Positions 55,674 to 63,923 of a DNA stretch of 64,000 nt are shown one piece after another. Where the stretch lies: positions 32,001 through 96,000 of the IMG/VR virus record IMGVR_UViG_3300036766_001793. One strand, given 5' to 3'. The notes beneath the pieces are model-generated. The model made no database searches. It was not told the DNA's origin and saw only the letters and a list, made by a program, of their open reading frames with translations. This DNA comes from a virus. The translations under genes and the position numbers were made by a program. The first letter of the stretch is position 1; each line of letters starts with the position of its first letter.

Positions 55674-56954
55674 CTAGCCCACCAGCCTCCTGTTGCCGAA
55701 TGCTAGCAGTTTCCCGCCTACGAGGGGACCCACTTTCGATGCTGCTTCTCTGATAATGAACAACACCGTATAAAACGGCGGCTCGGCTGTGCCAGAGTCC
55801 ATGCCGGGGTCGCCCGTGCCCGCCCACGACTGAGCGGCGCCAGAGGTTGAGGCGGTGTGGGTGTGCGCCGAAACGTGCACGACGTAAGTGGGGCCCTCCC
55901 CGAGGCTAGCCGAAGAGCCAGTCGCCCCCGCCAGTGTTACCGTGCCAAGCGTGTGAGTGTGCCCTGTGGCGGTCGTGTGTGCATGGCTATACGTATGGGC
56001 GTGGGCATTGGCTCCTCCGGTTCCGCCAGCATCGCCATTGGCGCCCTTGAGCATCCTGTTATCGAGATTGGGAGTGCCGGTCCCGTTACAAAGCGACCAT
56101 CCCGCAGGAATAGAGCCGACCGTCCCTGTCCAAATGGCTATGGTGTTGACCGGCGCCGCCGTGGCGGCGTCTGCCTTAATGTGTGTCACCGCGTAGTAAG
56201 GCGGGTTGTTGCTGCCGGACCCCGAGCCCGTGGACTGCCCCGACAGCGTGTCGGTGGCGGCTGCTATCGTCCCGGAGGGGGCATGGGTATGCGAGCCGAC
56301 GAGGTACACCGTAATATAGTCGTTCGAACCCGCAGTGCCCGGTACGGTCGTACCTATCGTAAGTGTATGGTCGGTGTGCGACGGATACGTGTGGGTGTGA
56401 CTGGACTGGGTGTGAGTGTGGCTTGCCGCACCACCCGTGCCACCACCATCTCCGCCAGTAGTCATGCCTTTAAGATATTTGTCCCCTGACGACGCGAGCG
56501 CCGTGAATCCAGTCGGCGCAGACGCGCCGTCGTACCATGCAACGACACCTGTCGAGATGTCGGTGGTGCCGTTGCTCTGGATAAAAATCGCGCGGATGAA
56601 CGACGGCTCGTTGCTTATGGTGTCGCTGTTTGCGGCACTTGAGGCGCCCGAGGTTTGCGTGGAGGTGGCGTAGGTTTGGGTGTGAGTGTGGGACAGGCTG
56701 GCCCCGGTGTCATCCGTGTTAACGGGCTGCGTATCGGTCGGGATGCTCGTGTCGGCGCTAACGTGACTGTGGCTCGCAGAGTGCGTGTGGGCCGGGGTGT
56801 TGTGCAGGTGGGTTGTAGCTCCACCCGTACTGCCCACTGTGGTCAGGTTACCCTTCGGGAAGTTGGCATCTAACGCAGTGACACGCGACCAGCCAGCGGG
56901 AATGCTGGCGCTTGTGCCAGTCCACGCCATGACGATGCCGTTCGGGAGGGCCAC
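55674..56954 (-). CDS. fibre tip protein with three tandem collar + HxH needle units
   Basis: three copies of (I/V)xxWxG...P.G(W/F)...KG...GG..H.H...(E/N)P.(F/Y)....I. Confidence 0.75.
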   Translation of the reverse strand: MALPNGIVMAWTGTSASIPAGWSRVTALDANFPKGNLTTVGSTGGATTHLHNTPAHTHSASHSHVSADTSIPTDTQPVNTDDTGASLSHTHTQTYATSTQTSGASSAANSDTISNEPSFIRAIFIQSNGTTDISTGVVAWYDGASAPTGFTALASSGDKYLKGMTTGGDGGGTGGAASHTHTQSSHTHTYPSHTDHTLTIGTTVPGTAGSNDYITVYLVGSHTHAPSGTIAAATDTLSGQSTGSGSGSNNPPYYAVTHIKADAATAAPVNTIAIWTGTVGSIPAGWSLCNGTGTPNLDNRMLKGANGDAGGTGGANAHAHTYSHAHTTATGHTHTLGTVTLAGATGSSASLGEGPTYVVHVSAHTHTASTSGAAQSWAGTGDPGMDSGTAEPPFYTVLFIIREAASKVGPLVGGKLLAFGNRRLVG

Positions 56955-56956
56955 GG

Positions 56957-57172
56957 CTAGGCCGCCTTGGTGTCAGGCGCCGCCGGGAGGCTCGTGACAG
57001 CGAGTTTGAGGGCGGCGAGCTGGGAGTCGAGCTTGGCGCGCGCGAGGTTCACCGCCGCCTGCGGGAGCACGTCTGAGAGGCCCTCCAGCGCGACTACCCG
57101 GTCGCGCACGCGGACGAGGGCGCCGACCACCAGGTTTAGTTCGTCGATGAAGGCCTGCGTCTGGGAGTTCAC
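56957..57172 (-). CDS. small coiled-coil protein
   Basis: GTGA-coupled; heptad pattern. Confidence 0.6.
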   Translation of the reverse strand: MNSQTQAFIDELNLVVGALVRVRDRVVALEGLSDVLPQAAVNLARAKLDSQLAALKLAVTSLPAAPDTKAA

Positions 57173-57492
57173 GGCGCGTCCCCCCTCAGCTCCGTCACGT
57201 GGGCGACGCGGTACGCCTGGCGCCTGACCGCCCGCATGGCCTTGGCCACCGCGGCGGCCTCGTCCTGGGCGATGACCTGGACCGTCGCCAGGTCCACCAG
57301 GTCCCCGCTCTCATAGTCCGCCCACTCGAAGGCCTGCACGGTCCATGAGTAGCTCGCCACGTGGGCATCCGGGCCGTCTGCCACGTCCTGGTCGTAGGGC
57401 CAGAGGTACTGGCCGTGCAGCCGCGGGCGCATGGCCGTCCCCACCGGCATCGAGGACCTGGGCATCTTTACCATTCTGTTGCTCTGGGGCAT
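57169..57492 (-). CDS. hypothetical protein
   Basis: GGAGG SD; packed ORF. Confidence 0.6.
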   Translation of the reverse strand: MPQSNRMVKMPRSSMPVGTAMRPRLHGQYLWPYDQDVADGPDAHVASYSWTVQAFEWADYESGDLVDLATVQVIAQDEAAAVAKAMRAVRRQAYRVAHVTELRGDAP

Positions 57493-57493
57493 G

Positions 57494-57685
57494 CTACCTC
57501 CCGGCCGGGTGGTACGCGTCCACCAGGGCCATGATCTCGTCGACGAGGGAGTCGGCCTTCCGGAGCGCCGACAGGTCGGGCCCGCCGCGGCCGTCGGTCG
57601 GGACCATGCCGGACACGCGGTCCTCTACCTCGGCCCTGAGCTGCGCCCTGGACATGGCGCGCGCCTGGTCGTAGATGCTCCGCAT
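57494..57685 (-). CDS. small hypothetical protein
   Basis: TGATG coupling to the protease stop; contains LRKA. Confidence 0.55.
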   Translation of the reverse strand: MRSIYDQARAMSRAQLRAEVEDRVSGMVPTDGRGGPDLSALRKADSLVDEIMALVDAYHPAGR

Positions 57686-60600
57686 CAGCCCGGCCCCACC
57701 GTCGTCCGCCCGCCCGCTTCCCTCGCCGGGGCCGCGCTCTTGGCTGGGCCGCCCTTCCTGAACTGCTCCGGCTCCGCGCCTGACACCTGCCCGACCCCGC
57801 GATCGAGCGAGACCTCGAACCTCTCGCCGGCGGACACCAGCCACAGCCTGTCGATGGCGATCGGCGAGGTCTCGGTGACCGGGATGCCGCGCCGCTCGAG
57901 GTCGTCCATGCCGGCCGGGTCGTACCTGAGGGTCATGTGCGGCGTGAACCCGTGCCTCCCGTCGACCGGGACCCCGACCTCCCTGAGGGCACCGACGAGC
58001 TTGGCCCTGAACTCCGAGAGGCCAGGCACGTCCACGAGGGCGACGAGCGGGACGCGCCCGTCGTCCCCCGGGGAGAACCTGCCTAGGCCCCCGATGCTGC
58101 CGTCCATCGGCCTCTGCTCGAGGGCGCAGTGCCTCAGGACCCCGAGGGCCCTCTCGACCCCGTCGTCCCCGAGGTCGTTGGCGGCGTCGTCCGTGAGGTA
58201 CGCGATGGTGACGTGGAGCTCGTCCGCGTCCTCACCGCCGTCGGTCGCGAGCTGCCTCGCCAGGCCGCTCTCCGGGAACCAGGCCACCATGGCGCCTGGG
58301 TGCGGGCCCTCAGCCTCCAGGTGGCGCTCCTTGAACCCCTCCGGGAGGTTCTCCGGGCCGCCCTTGTTGGAGAGCCCGTCCAGGTCCTCCGGGCCCCTGA
58401 TGGTGTCGCTCTTCTCTGACTGACCGAGGTCCCCCCTGAGGCCCCGGTGGAAGTCGTCTGCCCCGCCCTTGGAGACCCTGCCGAGAGCAGCGTCGGTCTT
58501 GGCGACGTCCTTGTAGGTGCTCCCGGCGCCGGCCTCCTTGATGATCCCGTGCTCCGGCTCCTCGCCCATCCTCACGTACTGGCCGAGCGCCATGCCTTCG
58601 ATGACGCTCTCCGCGTCCTCGTAGAGGGACCCAAGCGCCGCCATGACGGTGGGGTCGAGGTTGCCTCCCCCGTCCCCGACCGCGGCCTCCAGCTGCTTCC
58701 TCACGCCGTCGAGGGCGGCCGCCGGATCGCCCCGCACGGTCGAGTCCCATGCCTTGGCGAGGCCTGACAGCGCGGACGGCGGGAGGCCGGGGGCCAGGGT
58801 GGCCGCCCTCACGATCGCCGCGGCCTTGCCGGCCGCCTGGCCGGCGGTGAGCGGGACCGACTTCCGAAGCCTCTCCTGGGCTACGCCGGCCGCGTTGAGG
58901 GCCTCCCCCGCCCCCGCCCGCGTCGCCGCGTCCCTGAGGCCCTTGAGGAGCCTCCCGAGCCTGACGTACGCCCGGTCAGGCCCGAAGGCAGTCCCGTCAG
59001 TCCAGAGGACGAAGTCGCTCCTCTGCCCCGGGATCCAGGTGAGGCTCGGGCTGCCGAACCTGATGGCCGCCGCCGCCGCCCTGGCGTCCCCCTCGAGCCC
59101 CTTGTCCAGCCTGACCGAGTCCACGGCGGCCTCCACGGCCGCGAGGACCTCCTTGATGACCATCGGCACGTACGAGTTGTCAGGGGCGGCCAGCTTCGGG
59201 GTCTTGACCTTCCCCTGCGTGACAGGCTGGACCTTCTCCTCGTCGCCCTGGACGAGCCTGAAGCCGCCATGCGACGCCCAGACGTCGCTGAGGTTGAGGT
59301 ACTGCCTCTCCCCGTCCGGGTCGGCCAGGGGGGCGTCCGGGGCGACCCCGTACGTCGGCCTGGGCCCGTACCGCTCGGCCATCTCCCGGGCGCCCGGGGT
59401 CTCCACGCCCGCCCTCGCCCGCTCGAGCTTGGCGGCGGACGCCGGGTCGAGCTTCCCCTCCTCGCCCCCCTCCTCGGCCAGGACCTTCGAGTAGTACCTC
59501 GGGTCCTCCGCGAGGTGGTCCCTCACTATGTTGGCGATGGAGCCCACGTCGCCGCCGACGCTCTCGTAGTGCTCCGCCGACTCCGTCTCCAGGCCCTCGT
59601 CGAACTCGTCGACCCCGTCCCGGGACTTCCCCACCGCGGAGGTGGCCTGCCTGGCCAGCTTCTCTATGTCGCCCGCCTGGTCCTTGAGCTCCTCCCTGAG
59701 GGCGGGGTTGTCCCCGATGTGGTCGGGCTCCCACCAGGCCAGGGCCTCGAACTGGTCCCCGTCGGGATCGTCCGGGTTGATCATCTCGTCCCGCTCCCCT
59801 AGGGGGAGGAGGTCCTCCCCGTCGATCCTCCACACGAACCCGGCGTATACTCCGTCCGGCGACTCCCACTGGGAGGCCAGCCCGCCCTCGGGCAGCGGCC
59901 TCCCGACCTCCTCTGCCCACTCCCTCTTGGCGGCCCCCAGCGGACTCTCCCCCGGCTCGAGGCGCCCCCCGGGGAACTCCCAGGTGCCGCCGGCCGGGTC
60001 GTCGCCCTCAGCCGCCCTCTGGAGCATAAGGACGCGCCCAGTGTCGCCGGCGACCACCGCCAGCCCGGCCGCCCTGACGCCGCCGCCGACCGGCCCAGGG
60101 GCGTCCTTGGCGATGGACCCGAACTCCCTGTCTATCATCGCCTGGACCCTCGGGTCCACCATCCCCCTCAGTCCCTTCAGGAACTTGGCGAACTTCGGGG
60201 TCGTCGGCTCCGGCACGAGCCGGTTGGCCGGCGAGGGCGGCGTGGCCTCCGGCCCGCTGGACTCCAGGCCCTTCGGGCCGGCCGCCTCGTCGGCGACGCC
60301 CTCGAAGAGCATCCTCCCTGACTCAGAGCGGTAGCCCTTCAGCACCATGGCCGCCTGGGCCGGGGTGACTGGGCAGCGCCCGTCCCCGCACCACGCGGAC
60401 GCGGCGAACTCGCCCGCCTCGTCGAAGGACTTCGAGATGACCGTGAACTTGGCGTCCTGGTTAACGGGGCTCTCGCAGTTGTGGACGACGCCCTCCTTCA
60501 TGGTGTAGGAGTTGTCCTCCTCGACCTCAAGGTTGTACACGGTGCCCTTATACGGCTCGGTGCCGATGGTCGTCACCCTCACGAGGGCATTCCCGGCGAA

Positions 60601-62547
60601 CTCCTCCACAATCGGGGCCACATCGAGCCCGTTCACCTCCGACTCCCAGAGCACCAGAGTCTCGTAGCCATGCTTCGCGAAGTGGTCCAGGCGGTTCTGC
60701 GGGTCTTGACCGCTGTGGAAATAGTCCCCGTAGAGCTCGATGAGCTTCGTCCCGCCGTCCCAGAAGTCCGGGCCCCTCCCGCCGATAACGAGCTGCCCGT
60801 CGCCCACGAACCTGAAGCCGTACGTCCTAGCGAGTGGCTCGAACACCTTCTCCAGCTTGTTCTGCCCGACGTTCCGCACCGCCATCTGCCTGGCCACATA
60901 TGCCGGATCCCTCCACTGGGCGGATGTGATGGCCCTCCTCTTCGCGCGGAACCCGTCGGTCTTGACAGAGGCCCTTTGGACCGCCCTGCCGGCCTCTGTT
61001 TTAATGCCGCCCTTGCCGGGATGTCTCAGCCCCCTGACCTTAGCCGCATGAGAGATAGCGCCAGGGTCGCCTGAGGCTACTGTCTTGCCCCTCCTGTTCG
61101 GGACTTTGGCCTTGCACTGGATGTCGCAGAACTTCTTAGTTGGCTTTGAGGAGAACATGGGGGCGCCACAGGCCTCGCAGAGCCGAGAAGGCTCGTGATA
61201 CGAGATGAGGTCGCCCACGACGAGGTCTTTTGCCGGCACCCACTCGTACTTCGATCCCTCGCCCCTGCCCCTATACCTCATCACCCTGAACGGGTGCTCG
61301 CCCGTCGGACTAATGATCCCCCGCTCGGTCGTGATCCTGACCAGGTCCTCGTCGACCTCCCGCTGCATGGTCCTGACGACCGGGCGCCACCTGTTCTTGT
61401 GGGTCCACACGAGGTCCCCGGTCATAACGTCCTTGATCTTTTTAAGCCCGGACTTCGTCCACACGGGCTCATTTCCCTTAAAACAAAGTGTAACTTCGTA
61501 TAGTACGATTTCGTCTATCACCCAAAAGCATGTCCCGCCCGCACACTCGTGGCGCCTGGACTCGAACGGGGCGTCGGCCGAGATGGAGAAGGCCGCGAGC
61601 TTCCCGCTCTCTATGTCGTCGATGACCTTGTCGACGATCGGCGGGCGCGCCGCGTCGGTCCTGACCCTGACCACGGTGAAGAGGCCGACCTCGTCGACTT
61701 TCGTCTCGTACCGCTCCCCGGTGCGTGGGTTGGTCCATGACGGAATGACTTCCCCGACCTGGACGTTCGAGTTATGGTAGATGACCCCCTTGCCGGCGTA
61801 GGAGTGGTCGTCCTCCACCTCGAGGTTGTACACCCACCCGTCGAACGGGATCTTCTCGGCGGAGAGGACCTCCACCCCATTCGTCACGACCTCCCTGGCC
61901 TCCTCGTTCCTCCTAGCGTTGGAGGCTTCCCTGGTCCTCTCGGTTATGTGGGACGAGTCGCCCTTGAAGAGGTAATTCCTTGGGTGCTGGTCGGCTAGCT
62001 CCCACGACCGATGGCCCTTCTTAACCAGGTGGTGGAGCATGTCCCCTGCCACAAGGTCGCCGGCTCTCGTCCACCCCTTCCCGACCACGAGCACCTGGTG
62101 CTCGTCTGTGATGTGGACTGTCTCCCCGTTGCCGAGACGGAGCTCGACGACCTCGTTTGGCCCCTTGTGCTTGAACACGTGGGTGACGGGCATGAGCCTG
62201 CCCTTGTGGGTCAGCACCCTGTCGCCCACCTTGATGACCTCTATCCTGGTGAACGTGGACCCAGAGACCCCATTGCCTCCGACCTTAATCGGGGTCCCGG
62301 CCTCAAGGCAATGGAGCAGATTGACGTTTCTGTAGTGCGGATGCGCCATGAACCTCGGGAGGTCCCTCGCGAGGGCCTCCTTCGTGATGACGTGCTTCTC
62401 GCGGTCCACGATTTGTGGCGAACTGTAGCCGGCCACGATGAGGGGCTCGCGTCCCTCGGCCTTCTGGAGGACGGAGACCGCGCCGTACCTCCTGAGCGGG
62501 TACTGCGTCACGGAGGACTCCACCACGGACGACCAGCTGTCAGCCAT
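57685..62547 (-). CDS. prohead maturation protease with two inteins, fused to Nudix, DUF5661-like and 2H phosphoesterase domains
   Basis: VAGYSS..VD...LLH|SNVQVGEV...AFSIS...LYEVTL|CESPVN; Nudix box GGRLEPGESPLGAAKREWAEEVG; EH...DHLAEDPRYY; LHVT and PHMT. Confidence 0.9.
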   Translation of the reverse strand: MADSWSSVVESSVTQYPLRRYGAVSVLQKAEGREPLIVAGYSSPQIVDREKHVITKEALARDLPRFMAHPHYRNVNLLHCLEAGTPIKVGGNGVSGSTFTRIEVIKVGDRVLTHKGRLMPVTHVFKHKGPNEVVELRLGNGETVHITDEHQVLVVGKGWTRAGDLVAGDMLHHLVKKGHRSWELADQHPRNYLFKGDSSHITERTREASNARRNEEAREVVTNGVEVLSAEKIPFDGWVYNLEVEDDHSYAGKGVIYHNSNVQVGEVIPSWTNPRTGERYETKVDEVGLFTVVRVRTDAARPPIVDKVIDDIESGKLAAFSISADAPFESRRHECAGGTCFWVIDEIVLYEVTLCFKGNEPVWTKSGLKKIKDVMTGDLVWTHKNRWRPVVRTMQREVDEDLVRITTERGIISPTGEHPFRVMRYRGRGEGSKYEWVPAKDLVVGDLISYHEPSRLCEACGAPMFSSKPTKKFCDIQCKAKVPNRRGKTVASGDPGAISHAAKVRGLRHPGKGGIKTEAGRAVQRASVKTDGFRAKRRAITSAQWRDPAYVARQMAVRNVGQNKLEKVFEPLARTYGFRFVGDGQLVIGGRGPDFWDGGTKLIELYGDYFHSGQDPQNRLDHFAKHGYETLVLWESEVNGLDVAPIVEEFAGNALVRVTTIGTEPYKGTVYNLEVEEDNSYTMKEGVVHNCESPVNQDAKFTVISKSFDEAGEFAASAWCGDGRCPVTPAQAAMVLKGYRSESGRMLFEGVADEAAGPKGLESSGPEATPPSPANRLVPEPTTPKFAKFLKGLRGMVDPRVQAMIDREFGSIAKDAPGPVGGGVRAAGLAVVAGDTGRVLMLQRAAEGDDPAGGTWEFPGGRLEPGESPLGAAKREWAEEVGRPLPEGGLASQWESPDGVYAGFVWRIDGEDLLPLGERDEMINPDDPDGDQFEALAWWEPDHIGDNPALREELKDQAGDIEKLARQATSAVGKSRDGVDEFDEGLETESAEHYESVGGDVGSIANIVRDHLAEDPRYYSKVLAEEGGEEGKLDPASAAKLERARAGVETPGAREMAERYGPRPTYGVAPDAPLADPDGERQYLNLSDVWASHGGFRLVQGDEEKVQPVTQGKVKTPKLAAPDNSYVPMVIKEVLAAVEAAVDSVRLDKGLEGDARAAAAAIRFGSPSLTWIPGQRSDFVLWTDGTAFGPDRAYVRLGRLLKGLRDAATRAGAGEALNAAGVAQERLRKSVPLTAGQAAGKAAAIVRAATLAPGLPPSALSGLAKAWDSTVRGDPAAALDGVRKQLEAAVGDGGGNLDPTVMAALGSLYEDAESVIEGMALGQYVRMGEEPEHGIIKEAGAGSTYKDVAKTDAALGRVSKGGADDFHRGLRGDLGQSEKSDTIRGPEDLDGLSNKGGPENLPEGFKERHLEAEGPHPGAMVAWFPESGLARQLATDGGEDADELHVTIAYLTDDAANDLGDDGVERALGVLRHCALEQRPMDGSIGGLGRFSPGDDGRVPLVALVDVPGLSEFRAKLVGALREVGVPVDGRHGFTPHMTLRYDPAGMDDLERRGIPVTETSPIAIDRLWLVSAGERFEVSLDRGVGQVSGAEPEQFRKGGPAKSAAPAREAGGRTTVGPG
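60478..61485 (-). mobile_element. intein 2 (336 aa) with Zn finger + Vsr/DUF559-like endonuclease
   Basis: CFKGNEPV...TGEHPF...VYNLEVEEDNSY...VHN|C; internal PDF...IELYGDYFH...LVLWESE. Confidence 0.9.
61771..62310 (-). mobile_element. intein 1, mini-intein (180 aa)
   Basis: CLEAGTPI...TDEHQV...VYNLEVEDDHSY...YHN|S; inserted right after the conserved His. Confidence 0.9.
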
Positions 62548-62824
62548 TGGCTACATCGTATTTCGGGGGCCGCCCCCTGCGGAGCCCCCCGCCGGCCGTC
62601 GGGGTGCTCACGTCCCGCCCCACCATCGGGGCGCCGGTCGCCGGCCCAGCGCCGCCGTCACCCCCGCCGGCCTCCTTCATGACCGCCGCCGACAGGCGTA
62701 TGGCCAGGTCGAGCGCCGACCCGCGGGCCACCCTCCCGCGGGCGAGGGCCCTACCGGCCGCCCGCTCCCTTGGGCTCCTGCTCCTCATGAGCTGCTTCGC
62801 CACCGCCCGCCTCGGGTTCTGCAT
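62540..62824 (-). CDS. hypothetical protein
   Basis: overlaps the protease start; start uncertain (62788 possible). Confidence 0.35.
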   Translation of the reverse strand: MQNPRRAVAKQLMRSRSPRERAAGRALARGRVARGSALDLAIRLSAAVMKEAGGGDGGAGPATGAPMVGRDVSTPTAGGGLRRGRPPKYDVANG

Positions 62825-63071
62825 CCCCTGCCTCCAGCCTCCCCGCCGCGAGGTCGTCGGCCATGAGCCCCAGGGCGTACAGGACGTCGTCGAGCGAGCC
62901 CATGTTGAACGCTATCCCGCGGCCCGGCGTCGGAGCCCCTTTGTCGTCGGGGTAGTACTCCCTGACGTGGGCCTTCCAGGACCCCTTCCACCTCACCGCG
63001 GAGACGCGGAGCTGCGCCCGCTCGCCCCTCCTGTCGTACAGCGGGATGGAGGTGTAGATCCTGTCTGGCAC
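62751..63071 (-). CDS. PC4/YdbC-like ssDNA-binding protein
   Basis: LRVSAVRWKG...HVREYY...G..TPGRGIAF; TATAAT-N6-GTG. Confidence 0.75.
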   Translation of the reverse strand: MPDRIYTSIPLYDRRGERAQLRVSAVRWKGSWKAHVREYYPDDKGAPTPGRGIAFNMGSLDDVLYALGLMADDLAAGRLEAGDAEPEAGGGEAAHEEQEPKGAGGR

Positions 63072-63111
63072 GCGTCGATTATAGGGCGCGGGAACCTTCA
63101 GCGCGGCCCTC

Positions 63112-63186
63112 TGGCTCCGCCCGAGGGCATCGAACCCCCGCCATCCTGGTCCAACGCCAGGCGTGCTACCACTACACCAGGGCGGA
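63112..63186 (-). tRNA. tRNA-Gln(UUG) with G33
   Basis: TCCGCCC/GGGCGGA-G-CCA; AC arm CCTGG-CGTTGGA-CCAGG. Confidence 0.88.
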
Positions 63187-63189
63187 GTC

Positions 63190-63263
63190 TGGCTCCATCG
63201 GATGGACTCGCACCACCGTGACATGTTTCAGAGACATGCATCCTACTGCTAGATGACGATGGA
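63190..63263 (-). tRNA. tRNA-Gln(CUG)
   Basis: TCCATCG/CGATGGA-G-CCA; CATGT-CTCTGAA-ACATG; T loop TGCGAGT. Confidence 0.85.
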
Positions 63264-63272
63264 ATGCCTGGG

Positions 63273-63701
63273 TCAGTCCCACATGGACGGGAGGGCGACC
63301 GCGAGCTCCACCAGGCACCACGCCGCGAAGCGCGCGCCGTAGAACTCCTCCTCGTCCTTCTCCGGGTCGGCCTGGGCCACTTTGTAGGCGACGATCCTGT
63401 CGTAGATCCCCTGGAGGCCCGGCACCTCGCCGTGGTAGGCGGCGAACGACTCGTCGTGCTTGCAGGCCCAGACGTAACCGCCGACGAACTGCTCGAGGAG
63501 GGAGAGGACCGTGCCCTCTGTGTCCCAGTAGTGGGGCACGTCCACGTGGATAGCCCTGAACGGGTTGTCCAGGTCGTGGGTCATGTGCCCACTGAGCTTC
63601 CGCTGGACTGCGTCGTGGACGCTTGCGAACCTGTCCTCGAAGGAGGACTTGCCCTGCGGGAGGGCGGACTGGTCTTTCTTCTTCTTCAGCTTGAGATCCA
63701 T
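63273..63701 (-). CDS. hypothetical protein (leaderless)
   Basis: TACACT-N6-ATG; GC3-biased. Confidence 0.65.
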   Translation of the reverse strand: MDLKLKKKKDQSALPQGKSSFEDRFASVHDAVQRKLSGHMTHDLDNPFRAIHVDVPHYWDTEGTVLSLLEQFVGGYVWACKHDESFAAYHGEVPGLQGIYDRIVAYKVAQADPEKDEEEFYGARFAAWCLVELAVALPSMWD

Positions 63702-63714
63702 GCCATGAGTGTAC

Positions 63715-63790
63715 TGGAGCCGCCTGCGGGGATCGAACCCGCCCCTCGCGGTCGGAGGCCGCGCGTACTAGACCATTATACTGAGGCGAC
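63715..63790 (-). tRNA. tRNA-Gly(UCC) with C33
   Basis: GTCGCCT/AGGCGGC-T-CCA; CGCGG-CCTCCGA-CCGCG. Confidence 0.8.
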
Positions 63791-63796
63791 TGGCCA

Positions 63797-63904
63797 CTAC
63801 GGGAGCAGCACCCACTCCAGGACAACGTGCCCGCAGGCGCAGGTGCAGACGCGGATCATGTCGTCGAGCAGCGGCCCTATTGAGTAGGAATGCGAGTGGG
63901 CCAT
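63797..63904 (-). CDS. 35-aa HxH...CxCxCG micro-protein between tRNAs
   Basis: AGGAAGGAGG SD; MAHSHSYSIGPLLDDMIRVCTCACGHVVLEWVLLP. Confidence 0.5.
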   Translation of the reverse strand: MAHSHSYSIGPLLDDMIRVCTCACGHVVLEWVLLP

Positions 63905-63923
63905 CTTGCCCTCCTTCCTGTCT

